From a virus (lineage: Duplodnaviria > Caudoviricetes), in IMG/VR virus record IMGVR_UViG_3300026442_000101: a DNA stretch of 64,000 nucleotides. The stretch is one strand, 5' to 3'. A program made the translations under genes and the position numbers. The notes below the pieces were generated by a model. It was given only the letters and a program-made list of their open reading frames with translations, was not told the DNA's origin and did no database searches. Within the stretch, counting starts at the first letter, position 1; every line of letters starts with the position of its first letter. Below are positions 27,219 to 34,599 of this stretch, one piece after another.

Positions 27219-27689
27219 TCAGTTGTCGAATACGGACTTGGCGCTTTCGCTCAGGTAGTTGACGACCTTGTTGTGGTCGGTCAGCTTACGGCCAGTGCCG
27301 ACGACCAGATCGGTCTTGGCGACGCCGTGGTTCTTCCAGGGTTTGCCCATGGCGGTACCGCTGCGCTCGCGGTCGTAGGTACCTTCGATCGAGGCATGAC
27401 CCAGCAGGACTTTGAACGAACCCTTCTGATGGTCCTTGTCCTTTTCCATGCTGGCTTGTTGCAGCTCGCCGTTGGCCAGGGTGGTGGCGCTGGTAGCGAT
27501 CAGCAGGAAGTCCTGGTGCGCTTTGTGCGAGTCCAGGGTCTGACCTTCCGGCATGTGCTTGGAGAAGATGTCGTCGGAACCTTCGAAGTCGGTCTGGCGG
27601 GTATCGCCATTGACTTTACCGGCGGCTTTCAGATCATCGGCCAGAGCGCGGATTGCTGGATTGAAGGCTGGTTTGGCTTCGTTGGACAT
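27219..27689 (-). CDS. Conserved jumbo-phage protein, probably highly expressed
   Basis: Start MSNEAK with AAGGA SD; very strong codon bias; has its own terminator. Confidence 0.75.
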   Translation of the reverse strand: MSNEAKPAFNPAIRALADDLKAAGKVNGDTRQTDFEGSDDIFSKHMPEGQTLDSHKAHQDFLLIATSATTLANGELQQASMEKDKDHQKGSFKVLLGHASIEGTYDRERSGTAMGKPWKNHGVAKTDLVVGTGRKLTDHNKVVNYLSESAKSVFDN

Positions 27690-27769
27690 GAAACGTTCCT
27701 TGAATTGCGGGTTGGTGTTTGACACAGAAGGTGATGGTGTTGTAACTTATTACGTTGTATCTCATGTTG

Positions 27770-27783
27770 GTAATGTATGATTG
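27770..27783 (-). promoter_or_regulatory. Candidate early (virion RNAP) promoter, AATCATACATTAC
   Basis: TACATTAC is one mismatch from the phiKZ early consensus TATATTAC; the related core recurs at 13027-13040, 28121-28138 and 29840-29853. Confidence 0.4.
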
Positions 27784-27798
27784 TTCTGAGTTTCAACG

Positions 27799-27840
27799 AA
27801 AAAAAAAGAAGTGGTAGTGAGTGCGGTTGCCCGCACTCAC
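27799..27840 (-). terminator. Intrinsic terminator
   Basis: gtgagtgcgg/ccgcactcac stem followed by a T-run. Confidence 0.7.
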
Positions 27841-27849
27841 GCCGACCGA

Positions 27850-28071
27850 TTAGCTCTTAGCTTCAGCGTTATCGGTCCTCACGGTTACTTCCACTTTCTC
27901 CGGCTTGTTACCGAAGGCAGCTTTGGCAACCTTGTAGGTGCCTACCAACGCACCACCAGCGACGATGGTGCCGACTACGCCAGCGGCTACCGGGTGAGCG
28001 GCAGCTACGTTCTTCAGGCGCTGGAACAGGGAAGCGGTTTTGGCAGCAACTTGGATCATTTCACCGGACAT
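27850..28071 (-). CDS. Small membrane-associated protein
   Basis: 73 aa, hydrophobic VAAGVVGTIVAGGALVG, GGAG SD. Confidence 0.75.
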   Translation of the reverse strand: MSGEMIQVAAKTASLFQRLKNVAAAHPVAAGVVGTIVAGGALVGTYKVAKAAFGNKPEKVEVTVRTDNAEAKS

Positions 28072-28145
28072 ATTTGGAACTCCATTGGTCTTACGAGATT
28101 AGGTTATTGAATCATGGCGACAATGTATCGCCATGATTTTGTTGC

Positions 28146-28874
28146 TTACGATTTACGGTTAGCTGCGCTTGCGGCGCCCGGTTCGATGTTGTCCAGAAGA
28201 CCTGGGCGACCGATCAGCTCTTTGGTGGCCGAGATGGACTCACGCAGCTCAGGATTGCGTTGTACGTAACCTGGAATCTGGCTCAGCTCGTCACCGGCGA
28301 AATCCTTCTCGAGGAGCACTTTGTGGTACTCATCGTTCCAGATCGTGTTGATGTCGAACTCCTCGCCAGCGGCGACATGGTTCATGCGGTCAGCAACACT
28401 CATCGCAACCCGCTGGTGATCGGCGGGGGTCAGGCTTGGGAAGCCGGGCTGGTTAGCTGGATGGCGTGGTTTGCCAGAGTTGACCTTCTGTAACACCAGA
28501 TCCAGAGTCTGGCCGAGGTTGTAGTTGTTACCGAACTCGCCGCCCATGACGCCGAGGATCAGATCCTCGTCAGCCACGTTACCAGTGAACAGGCCGCGCA
28601 GCGATGTGGGACGATGGTAGCTGACCAGCTGATCAGGATGGCTGTGGTGGGCGAAGAACACGAAGTTGCCGACGCAGGTAACCACACCCACCAGTTGGCG
28701 AACATGCTTGCCGGTGGTCATGCACTTGAAGCGGGTGCCGTTCTCCAGACCGAGCTTGGCGCGGACAATGCCGTCGATGTAGCCGGTGCCGTTGTCCCAC
28801 GACTCGTCATAGGCAATGACGGTTTCGATTTGCTGGAATACGTTGATCAGAGTCTTTACGGTTGCATCGCTCAT
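28146..28874 (-). CDS. Conserved jumbo-phage hypothetical protein (WxNGTGY domain)
   Basis: Start MSDATV with GAGGAGG SD. Confidence 0.75.
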   Translation of the reverse strand: MSDATVKTLINVFQQIETVIAYDESWDNGTGYIDGIVRAKLGLENGTRFKCMTTGKHVRQLVGVVTCVGNFVFFAHHSHPDQLVSYHRPTSLRGLFTGNVADEDLILGVMGGEFGNNYNLGQTLDLVLQKVNSGKPRHPANQPGFPSLTPADHQRVAMSVADRMNHVAAGEEFDINTIWNDEYHKVLLEKDFAGDELSQIPGYVQRNPELRESISATKELIGRPGLLDNIEPGAASAANRKS

Positions 28875-28947
28875 TTGTTGTCCTCCTCGGACATTGGTAT
28901 TCAGAAAGAAGGGAGTGCGGAATACCCGCACTCCTCAGGGGTGAAAC

Positions 28948-29796
28948 TTACTTGGCGTTGAAATTCCAGCTCAGGATCGACTGCTTACGGTTGACGTTCC
29001 AGCCGGTGTTCGCATTGTCGTTGAAGTGCTTGACGGCAGCTGCGAAATCGCCCGGGAAGTAGTCGACACGCACGTTACCAGCAACCGACCAGGTCGACAG
29101 GTGAACCATGTTGTCTTCGCCGATGTAGCAACGGTTGATGCAGAACGGCGAGTTGGTGTAGCCGATGAAGGCGTACAGCTTGTTGTCCGATTGCAGCAGG
29201 CCGAATACCTGAGCAACCGACACTTCACCGCCGCGACGATGGTCATCGATGTAACGACCACCGTTTGCACGCAGACGATCGATCACGGCTTTGGCAGCAG
29301 TGTGAGTCGCCACGTCTTCTTCAGCTTCCTCTTCAGCTACCGGGTTAGGCCGGCCGAAGGAAACCATGTCGCTTTCAGCAACTTCGAAGAACGGCTGCTC
29401 AGCAACGAACTTGCTGATCATGGTTACCAGAGCAGCGGTTGCGTTCGGCATGTACTTGTACATCGAGTCGGCAGCTTTGATACTGTCGATGATAGCGTCG
29501 AACTCTTCTTGCGGAAGAGGCATCAGCTGACCGTCGATCACCACGCCGTGCAGGGCGGCTTTGGTGAAGTTCAGGGCGAAGCCGTGAGCGACTTCCAGCT
29601 CGCTGTCGGTGAGCGGTTGACCGGTGTAGCCGCAGACGGTGCTGATAGCATCGACCATGGCATGGATCTGGTCAGAGGTTTCGGTAGGGATGGTAATGGT
29701 GATACCGTTCTCCACCTTGGTGAAGTACACGTCGCGCATCAGTTGCTCAACAGCGTTGATGGTAATGTTCGAAGCTTTGATGTTGAATACGTTCAT
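28948..29796 (-). CDS. Hypothetical protein
   Basis: 282 aa, GGAGG SD, strong codon bias. Confidence 0.8.
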   Translation of the reverse strand: MNVFNIKASNITINAVEQLMRDVYFTKVENGITITIPTETSDQIHAMVDAISTVCGYTGQPLTDSELEVAHGFALNFTKAALHGVVIDGQLMPLPQEEFDAIIDSIKAADSMYKYMPNATAALVTMISKFVAEQPFFEVAESDMVSFGRPNPVAEEEAEEDVATHTAAKAVIDRLRANGGRYIDDHRRGGEVSVAQVFGLLQSDNKLYAFIGYTNSPFCINRCYIGEDNMVHLSTWSVAGNVRVDYFPGDFAAAVKHFNDNANTGWNVNRKQSILSWNFNAK

Positions 29797-29908
29797 TGCA
29801 TGTCCTCCACGGACGATATAGTAGGGTTTGGTTGAATCATGTATGTTGATTCACGCTGACTATGTGTGACTGTATCTTTTTTAACTACGATTTCTGGAAT
29901 CGATTTTA

Positions 29909-29956
29909 CAGCATAAACCCCCTACCTACGGTGAAAGCCGTAGGTAGGGGAATGCA
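29909..29956 (-). terminator. Hairpin terminator followed by TTTATGCTG
   Basis: 13-bp stem cccctacctacgg/ccgtaggtagggg. Confidence 0.75.
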
Positions 29957-31381
29957 TCACTTGGCTTTGTTGACAGCCGAGTCGGCCACAGCAGCCATCA
30001 TGGTGGTGGTGTAGATCGCCTGCTCGTACACGCAGTCGGCCAGACGCACCAAGCGGCTCAGGCTGGTTTCGAGAGCTTCGCAGATCTTCGATACCGCTTT
30101 CTTCTGATCGCTGTCCAGACCAGCGGTAGCGCCGCGCGCTGCCTTGATCTTCGCCTGGATGGCTTCGGCATCGACCTTGTAGTCGATGTAGCGCTCGTAG
30201 CCGAGAACGTTGGTGATAGCGGTCAGCATGTCGTTGGCGCTGGCCTGAGACTTCAGGTCAGAACTTTCGGCGCTGTTGATGTAGCCACGAACCGCACCGA
30301 AGGCAGCGGCTGGCTGAGGCAACACGCCGCCTGCAACACCGCCGGCCAACATCAGAGCAGGAGAGCCCAGAGCCATACCGCCGAGGACAACCAGACCGGA
30401 AACACCAGCGGCCAGCGCACCCATGCCGTAACCGCCGACGATACCCCAGAGGATGTCCTTACCGCGCACTTGGGTTTCGCCAACGCGGGTGAACTTCGGA
30501 GCGGTAAGGCCGGACAGTGGACCGGAGGCGATTTCGGCGCGCAGGGTGTGGTTGCCCATCATGAAGCCGATCGGACTGCCCAGTTCGTTCAGACCACCGG
30601 TGATCTTGACGGTCGCCAGCTTGTGCTCGTCCAGCGCGAACTTACCGGCAGCGATAGCTTCGGCAGCAGCGGAGATGGAGGCAGCAGCCGCGGCGGCAGC
30701 GTCATGAACCTTACCGAGGTAGGACGATTCGGTCTGGATGGCGCGGACCAGGTCACGAACAGGAACGCCTTCGCGGGTCATGAACCGAGCGACGCCCTGG
30801 TTCTTGATCACGACAGCGCCTTCCTTCAGGTCAGCGATGTTCTGGCGCAGGCGAGTGGACGCGGAGGTCAGAGCACCTTTGGCTTTCTCGAAGCGAGCAA
30901 CGTCACTACGCAGGAAGCGAGTGATGGCGCCTTCTTGAGAATAGTCCAGCATCTGAGTGCGCAGACCGCGGTTCATCTCGGCAACGCGACGGCAGTCACG
31001 AGCCAGGCCGGCCAGCCGCTCACGATCGCTACCAGCGGACTCGAACGAGGTAGCCGGCAGGTTCAGTTTGTTGGCGCGCATGATGGCTGCGAATTCACGG
31101 TGCATCGATTCGGTCGATACCACGCTGAGTTCGGAAACGCCACCTTGCTCTTTCTCTTCCTCGGCAGCCTTCTCAGCAACCACTTCAGCGCGCTCAGCCA
31201 GCTCTTCCAGCTGTTCGGCGATGTCGGCAGTAGCTTCGGCAGTGTCGAGGGTCTCGACGACGCCAGGCGAAGGAGCAGCAGCGTCTTCAGCGAGTACTTC
31301 TACCAGGTCAGCGTTGGTTTCGCTGGTAGGCTCGATAGCGCCGGACTCGAACGCGAGGTTATTCAGGAAATCGTTGTTCAT
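29957..31381 (-). CDS. Protease-processed internal head (ejection) protein
   Basis: Acidic N-terminal propeptide with AFES, STES and SFES motifs; adjacent to the prohead protease. Confidence 0.7.
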   Translation of the reverse strand: MNNDFLNNLAFESGAIEPTSETNADLVEVLAEDAAAPSPGVVETLDTAEATADIAEQLEELAERAEVVAEKAAEEEKEQGGVSELSVVSTESMHREFAAIMRANKLNLPATSFESAGSDRERLAGLARDCRRVAEMNRGLRTQMLDYSQEGAITRFLRSDVARFEKAKGALTSASTRLRQNIADLKEGAVVIKNQGVARFMTREGVPVRDLVRAIQTESSYLGKVHDAAAAAAASISAAAEAIAAGKFALDEHKLATVKITGGLNELGSPIGFMMGNHTLRAEIASGPLSGLTAPKFTRVGETQVRGKDILWGIVGGYGMGALAAGVSGLVVLGGMALGSPALMLAGGVAGGVLPQPAAAFGAVRGYINSAESSDLKSQASANDMLTAITNVLGYERYIDYKVDAEAIQAKIKAARGATAGLDSDQKKAVSKICEALETSLSRLVRLADCVYEQAIYTTTMMAAVADSAVNKAK

Positions 31382-31407
31382 TGATCTCTTTCCAATGAGG
31401 GCTCAAG

Positions 31408-32208
31408 TTACCACGACAGGCTGCGGGGAACCGCAATGCTGACGCGGGTTTCTTCATACAACGAGTTCAGGATCTGCACGGCTGGGGCCATGCTTTCGAA
31501 ACTGGCGTCGTTAGAGCAGGCATTGAAGCCCATGCGCAGGCGCTCGAGGTTGAACTCAGCTTCGTCAAGCAATTGCCCAACGTGCTGTTTCGATTCGAGG
31601 CTTGGCGTTTTGTACTTGCTCGCCACTGCAACGCCTGGATCGTAAACGCTATCCCAGGTGATGATCTTGGTCATCGACTTGGTCATGTTCCCGAAGTTCT
31701 TCTTGGCGAAGCAACGGATCGAGTAGTTCACGTCTTCGTCCGGGTTCTCCAGCATCTCGTTGAATTCACGAGACTTAGGACCGGTGCCGCGCACTTCACC
31801 GATGATGGCCACGACCTTACGGCCACGCTCATCGATAACGGTGTCAAGCGACGCACTCACACGACGAATGTGAGACGAGACGTTGTTCTCCATGATCTCA
31901 CAGATCCGGACGAACCAGTCTTGATCGCTTTGCCCAGGCAGACGACGTGGGTGACCCCATTCGCTGCGCAGGCGGCCGGCTTGCAGCATACGGAGGAACT
32001 CAGGATCGTTCTCCATGTAGCGCATTGCCGACGCGGTGTCGTACAGCCAACCGCCATTACCAAAGGCGCCGAAAGCACCCAGGATAATTTCGCAGTAGCC
32101 GTTGTCGAGTTTCTTGAGGATACCCTTCTTGCCGGAGCCAGCCAGTGCTACGTTGCTGTAGGACGTGACAGGACCACGGGGCGAGGAGTTTAAGGCTACC
32201 TGGGCCAT
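31408..32208 (-). CDS. Prohead protease (phiKZ gp175-like)
   Basis: SEWGHP (His), YSIRC (Ser), TWDSVYDPG (Asp); C-terminal SLES and SFES candidate autocleavage sites. Confidence 0.88.
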   Translation of the reverse strand: MAQVALNSSPRGPVTSYSNVALAGSGKKGILKKLDNGYCEIILGAFGAFGNGGWLYDTASAMRYMENDPEFLRMLQAGRLRSEWGHPRRLPGQSDQDWFVRICEIMENNVSSHIRRVSASLDTVIDERGRKVVAIIGEVRGTGPKSREFNEMLENPDEDVNYSIRCFAKKNFGNMTKSMTKIITWDSVYDPGVAVASKYKTPSLESKQHVGQLLDEAEFNLERLRMGFNACSNDASFESMAPAVQILNSLYEETRVSIAVPRSLSW

Positions 32209-32220
32209 GATCGATGTTCC

Positions 32221-32943
32221 TTATTGCCGCAACATCGACTCGAACCGTTCAGCACGATCGGACGGATTAGCCAAAGCAGAAGTCATGCCTGGGTCGTAAT
32301 ACGAGCCACCGAGTTTTGCGGTCATGTTCGTGGAGCCGAAGCTCACGTTACGAAGTGCGATGAAGTACGGACGTTTGGTGTTGAGAGAAGCCTTGGCATT
32401 AGGCACTTGACGGTAGTACCGGGTTGGGTCTTCAGGGTCGCGGCAAAGAGAAGACGCCACGTATTCCCAGATGGCCAAATCGGCCCCCAGTGTCACACCA
32501 TTGTATTTGCCAGAGTTCTCGAACAGGCGTGGGATGTCCTCGTAGTCGTAGTACCACGGGATCCTGCCTTTACCGTACAGCTCCGTGTAGACACGGTGCG
32601 GCAAGTTGTCGTTCACCACCGGGTCAGTCGACGCGATGATTTTCGAACCCTTGTCGTAATACAGCTCGATGTACCCAACGTCATCCACCACGGTCCGTCC
32701 GATACGGTCAGGCTCTGTTCTGAGCATGCCGGTTACCATGGACGAAGCGTAATAGTTGTCTTCGGTGATAATGGCCATACAGCCGAGGATGTACGAGACA
32801 TCCTCGATGACGGCTAGATCACGTTCAGCGAACCGCTCAGGAATTTGAATCCTGAGCGGCTCCAGGCAGACGAGGGTGGTGCCGACCTTTTTATAGGCAG
32901 CGTCCACCCGGGACTTCGAGCGTTTGTATGCCGATGAAAGCAT
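32221..32943 (-). CDS. Probable virion RNAP beta' C-terminal subunit
   Basis: C-terminus (ALRNVSFGSTNMTAKLGGSY...SALANPSDRAE..ESMLR) resembles the beta' C-terminus; position next to the protease as recalled for SPN3US gp244. Confidence 0.55.
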   Translation of the reverse strand: MLSSAYKRSKSRVDAAYKKVGTTLVCLEPLRIQIPERFAERDLAVIEDVSYILGCMAIITEDNYYASSMVTGMLRTEPDRIGRTVVDDVGYIELYYDKGSKIIASTDPVVNDNLPHRVYTELYGKGRIPWYYDYEDIPRLFENSGKYNGVTLGADLAIWEYVASSLCRDPEDPTRYYRQVPNAKASLNTKRPYFIALRNVSFGSTNMTAKLGGSYYDPGMTSALANPSDRAERFESMLRQ

Positions 32944-32958
32944 ATCTCACGCCCTCTA

Positions 32959-34347
32959 TCAGTGCGCAGCGACGCTCACGTTGATCTGCGAGGTTACCCA
33001 AGCGCAGAGGTATTTGAGCGTAGCCAGCGTGGCCACTTGGTTAGCCGGCAGGTTCGGCTGCTCTTTCTCGATGGTGAACATGATGTCCACGACACGAGCG
33101 GCGTCAGTGTGGGCGTACCACACGAGGCAGACGGCTGCCGAGATGACCATGACTGGATCATGCTGCTGGAACTGGTTCTTGTAGACCGCGTCGACGAAGT
33201 CACGCAGACGACCCCAGGCTTTGTCGTAGGTGTCGCCTTCAACGGTGAACTCACCGCATTCGGCCACGCACTTGATGTCGTCACGCAGGACGTTCTGAAC
33301 AGCAGCGCGCTCAGCTACTTTACGGTTCAGCTCATGAGCCGCCTGCCGACGAGCCTTGTCGCCTTCGTAAGCGGACAGCATTGCAGCCCGGGCTTCGGCG
33401 TCGTTCAGTTGAGCACCGCGGAACTTACGGCCGAGGATCTCGTTACCGATCAGCATTTCCAGGCTGAAGTCTTTGTCCAGCAGTTCGTTCCAGACTTCGC
33501 CGTTGACGCTGATGACACCGGCCTTGCCGCTACCGCTGACAGGATACAGCGAGAAGTTCTTGAAGGCGGTATCGGCGATACGGATCGCGCCCAGCGCACG
33601 GTGACCGGCGATGTTGGCGACCAGAGCACGGGCGTTGTTGTAGCTGGCAACGGTGGTCTGCAGGCCTTCCTTCGGCATCTCGATGTTCTTGACGATGATG
33701 GCCAGCGGCAAGACGTAGTCGGTAGGAAGTTTCTCAACATCCATACGGCCGTCCAGCACCTGGATCAGCAGGCCGACGCCTTCGCCGTTACGCGCTTCCA
33801 GCAGTTCGCGCATCGAGGAGTTGAAGTCGCCATCGTCGGTCAGCTTGGCCAGCGAGATCACTTCTTCAGGCGAGTAGTTGCCGAAGTTCTGAACGCCAGG
33901 CGAAGTAGCGCGAGGAGTGTTTTCCCACTGCTCGACGAACTCACGGCCGGGAGCCAGACGGTACACTTCAGGTACGTACTGGGCATCCAGGTCATAAGGC
34001 AGCGGCGCATTGGCCAGGCTGGCCATGGCAGTGGTGTACTTCTCGACGACCCGACGAATGTGCGGGTATACGGTATTGCGGGTGAAGTCCATGGTGCGGC
34101 GGACCGTACCGGATACCAGCTCGACGCTTTGCGCCATCAGCTGAGCATGCTCTTCACCGCGGCTGACGTTGACCAGATGGCTGGAGGTACCTTCGTAGGT
34201 AGCGCTCTCGGTGGAGAGGGCTACAGTTGGGCACTCGCGGCAGATCAGCGACAGAGGAGTGTCGGGGATTGGGGTCAGGGTTACGCCTTTACCGGCGTAC
34301 TCCTGGTTGATGCCGATAGCGGCGGCGATGGCATTCGGATCAAGCAT
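32959..34347 (-). CDS. Virion head protein (phiKZ gp177-like position)
   Basis: 462 aa, STES motif near the N-terminus, strong codon bias. Confidence 0.65.
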   Translation of the reverse strand: MLDPNAIAAAIGINQEYAGKGVTLTPIPDTPLSLICRECPTVALSTESATYEGTSSHLVNVSRGEEHAQLMAQSVELVSGTVRRTMDFTRNTVYPHIRRVVEKYTTAMASLANAPLPYDLDAQYVPEVYRLAPGREFVEQWENTPRATSPGVQNFGNYSPEEVISLAKLTDDGDFNSSMRELLEARNGEGVGLLIQVLDGRMDVEKLPTDYVLPLAIIVKNIEMPKEGLQTTVASYNNARALVANIAGHRALGAIRIADTAFKNFSLYPVSGSGKAGVISVNGEVWNELLDKDFSLEMLIGNEILGRKFRGAQLNDAEARAAMLSAYEGDKARRQAAHELNRKVAERAAVQNVLRDDIKCVAECGEFTVEGDTYDKAWGRLRDFVDAVYKNQFQQHDPVMVISAAVCLVWYAHTDAARVVDIMFTIEKEQPNLPANQVATLATLKYLCAWVTSQINVSVAAH

Positions 34348-34531
34348 TGGTCTTCTCCGCCAGCGTTTTGTTGATGTAGGCAGCCGCCAGCACTTTGACC
34401 GACGCCTGGGTAACTTTGGCGCCGTCTACTTCAGCAGCGACGTCGTTACCAATCACGTTGAGGGCAACTTCGCTCACCAGCTGGATCGCGTTGGCGAGAA
34501 CCGGCAGGTTGTTCAATTCCGTGGGAGTCAT
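34340..34531 (-). CDS. Small hypothetical protein
   Basis: 63 aa, AGGA SD, overlaps the next start by 8 nt, strong codon bias. Confidence 0.65.
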   Translation of the reverse strand: MTPTELNNLPVLANAIQLVSEVALNVIGNDVAAEVDGAKVTQASVKVLAAAYINKTLAEKTNA

Positions 34532-34553
34532 TTTCGACTTATCCTCGTGTGTA

Positions 34554-34585
34554 CATACAGCCGCCTCGGGACTCCCCGAGGCGGC
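34554..34585 (-). terminator. Hairpin after vRNAP beta, followed by TATG
   Basis: gccgcctcggg-actc-cccgaggcggc. Confidence 0.65.
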
Positions 34586-34599
34586 GTTGGGTGGCTACA

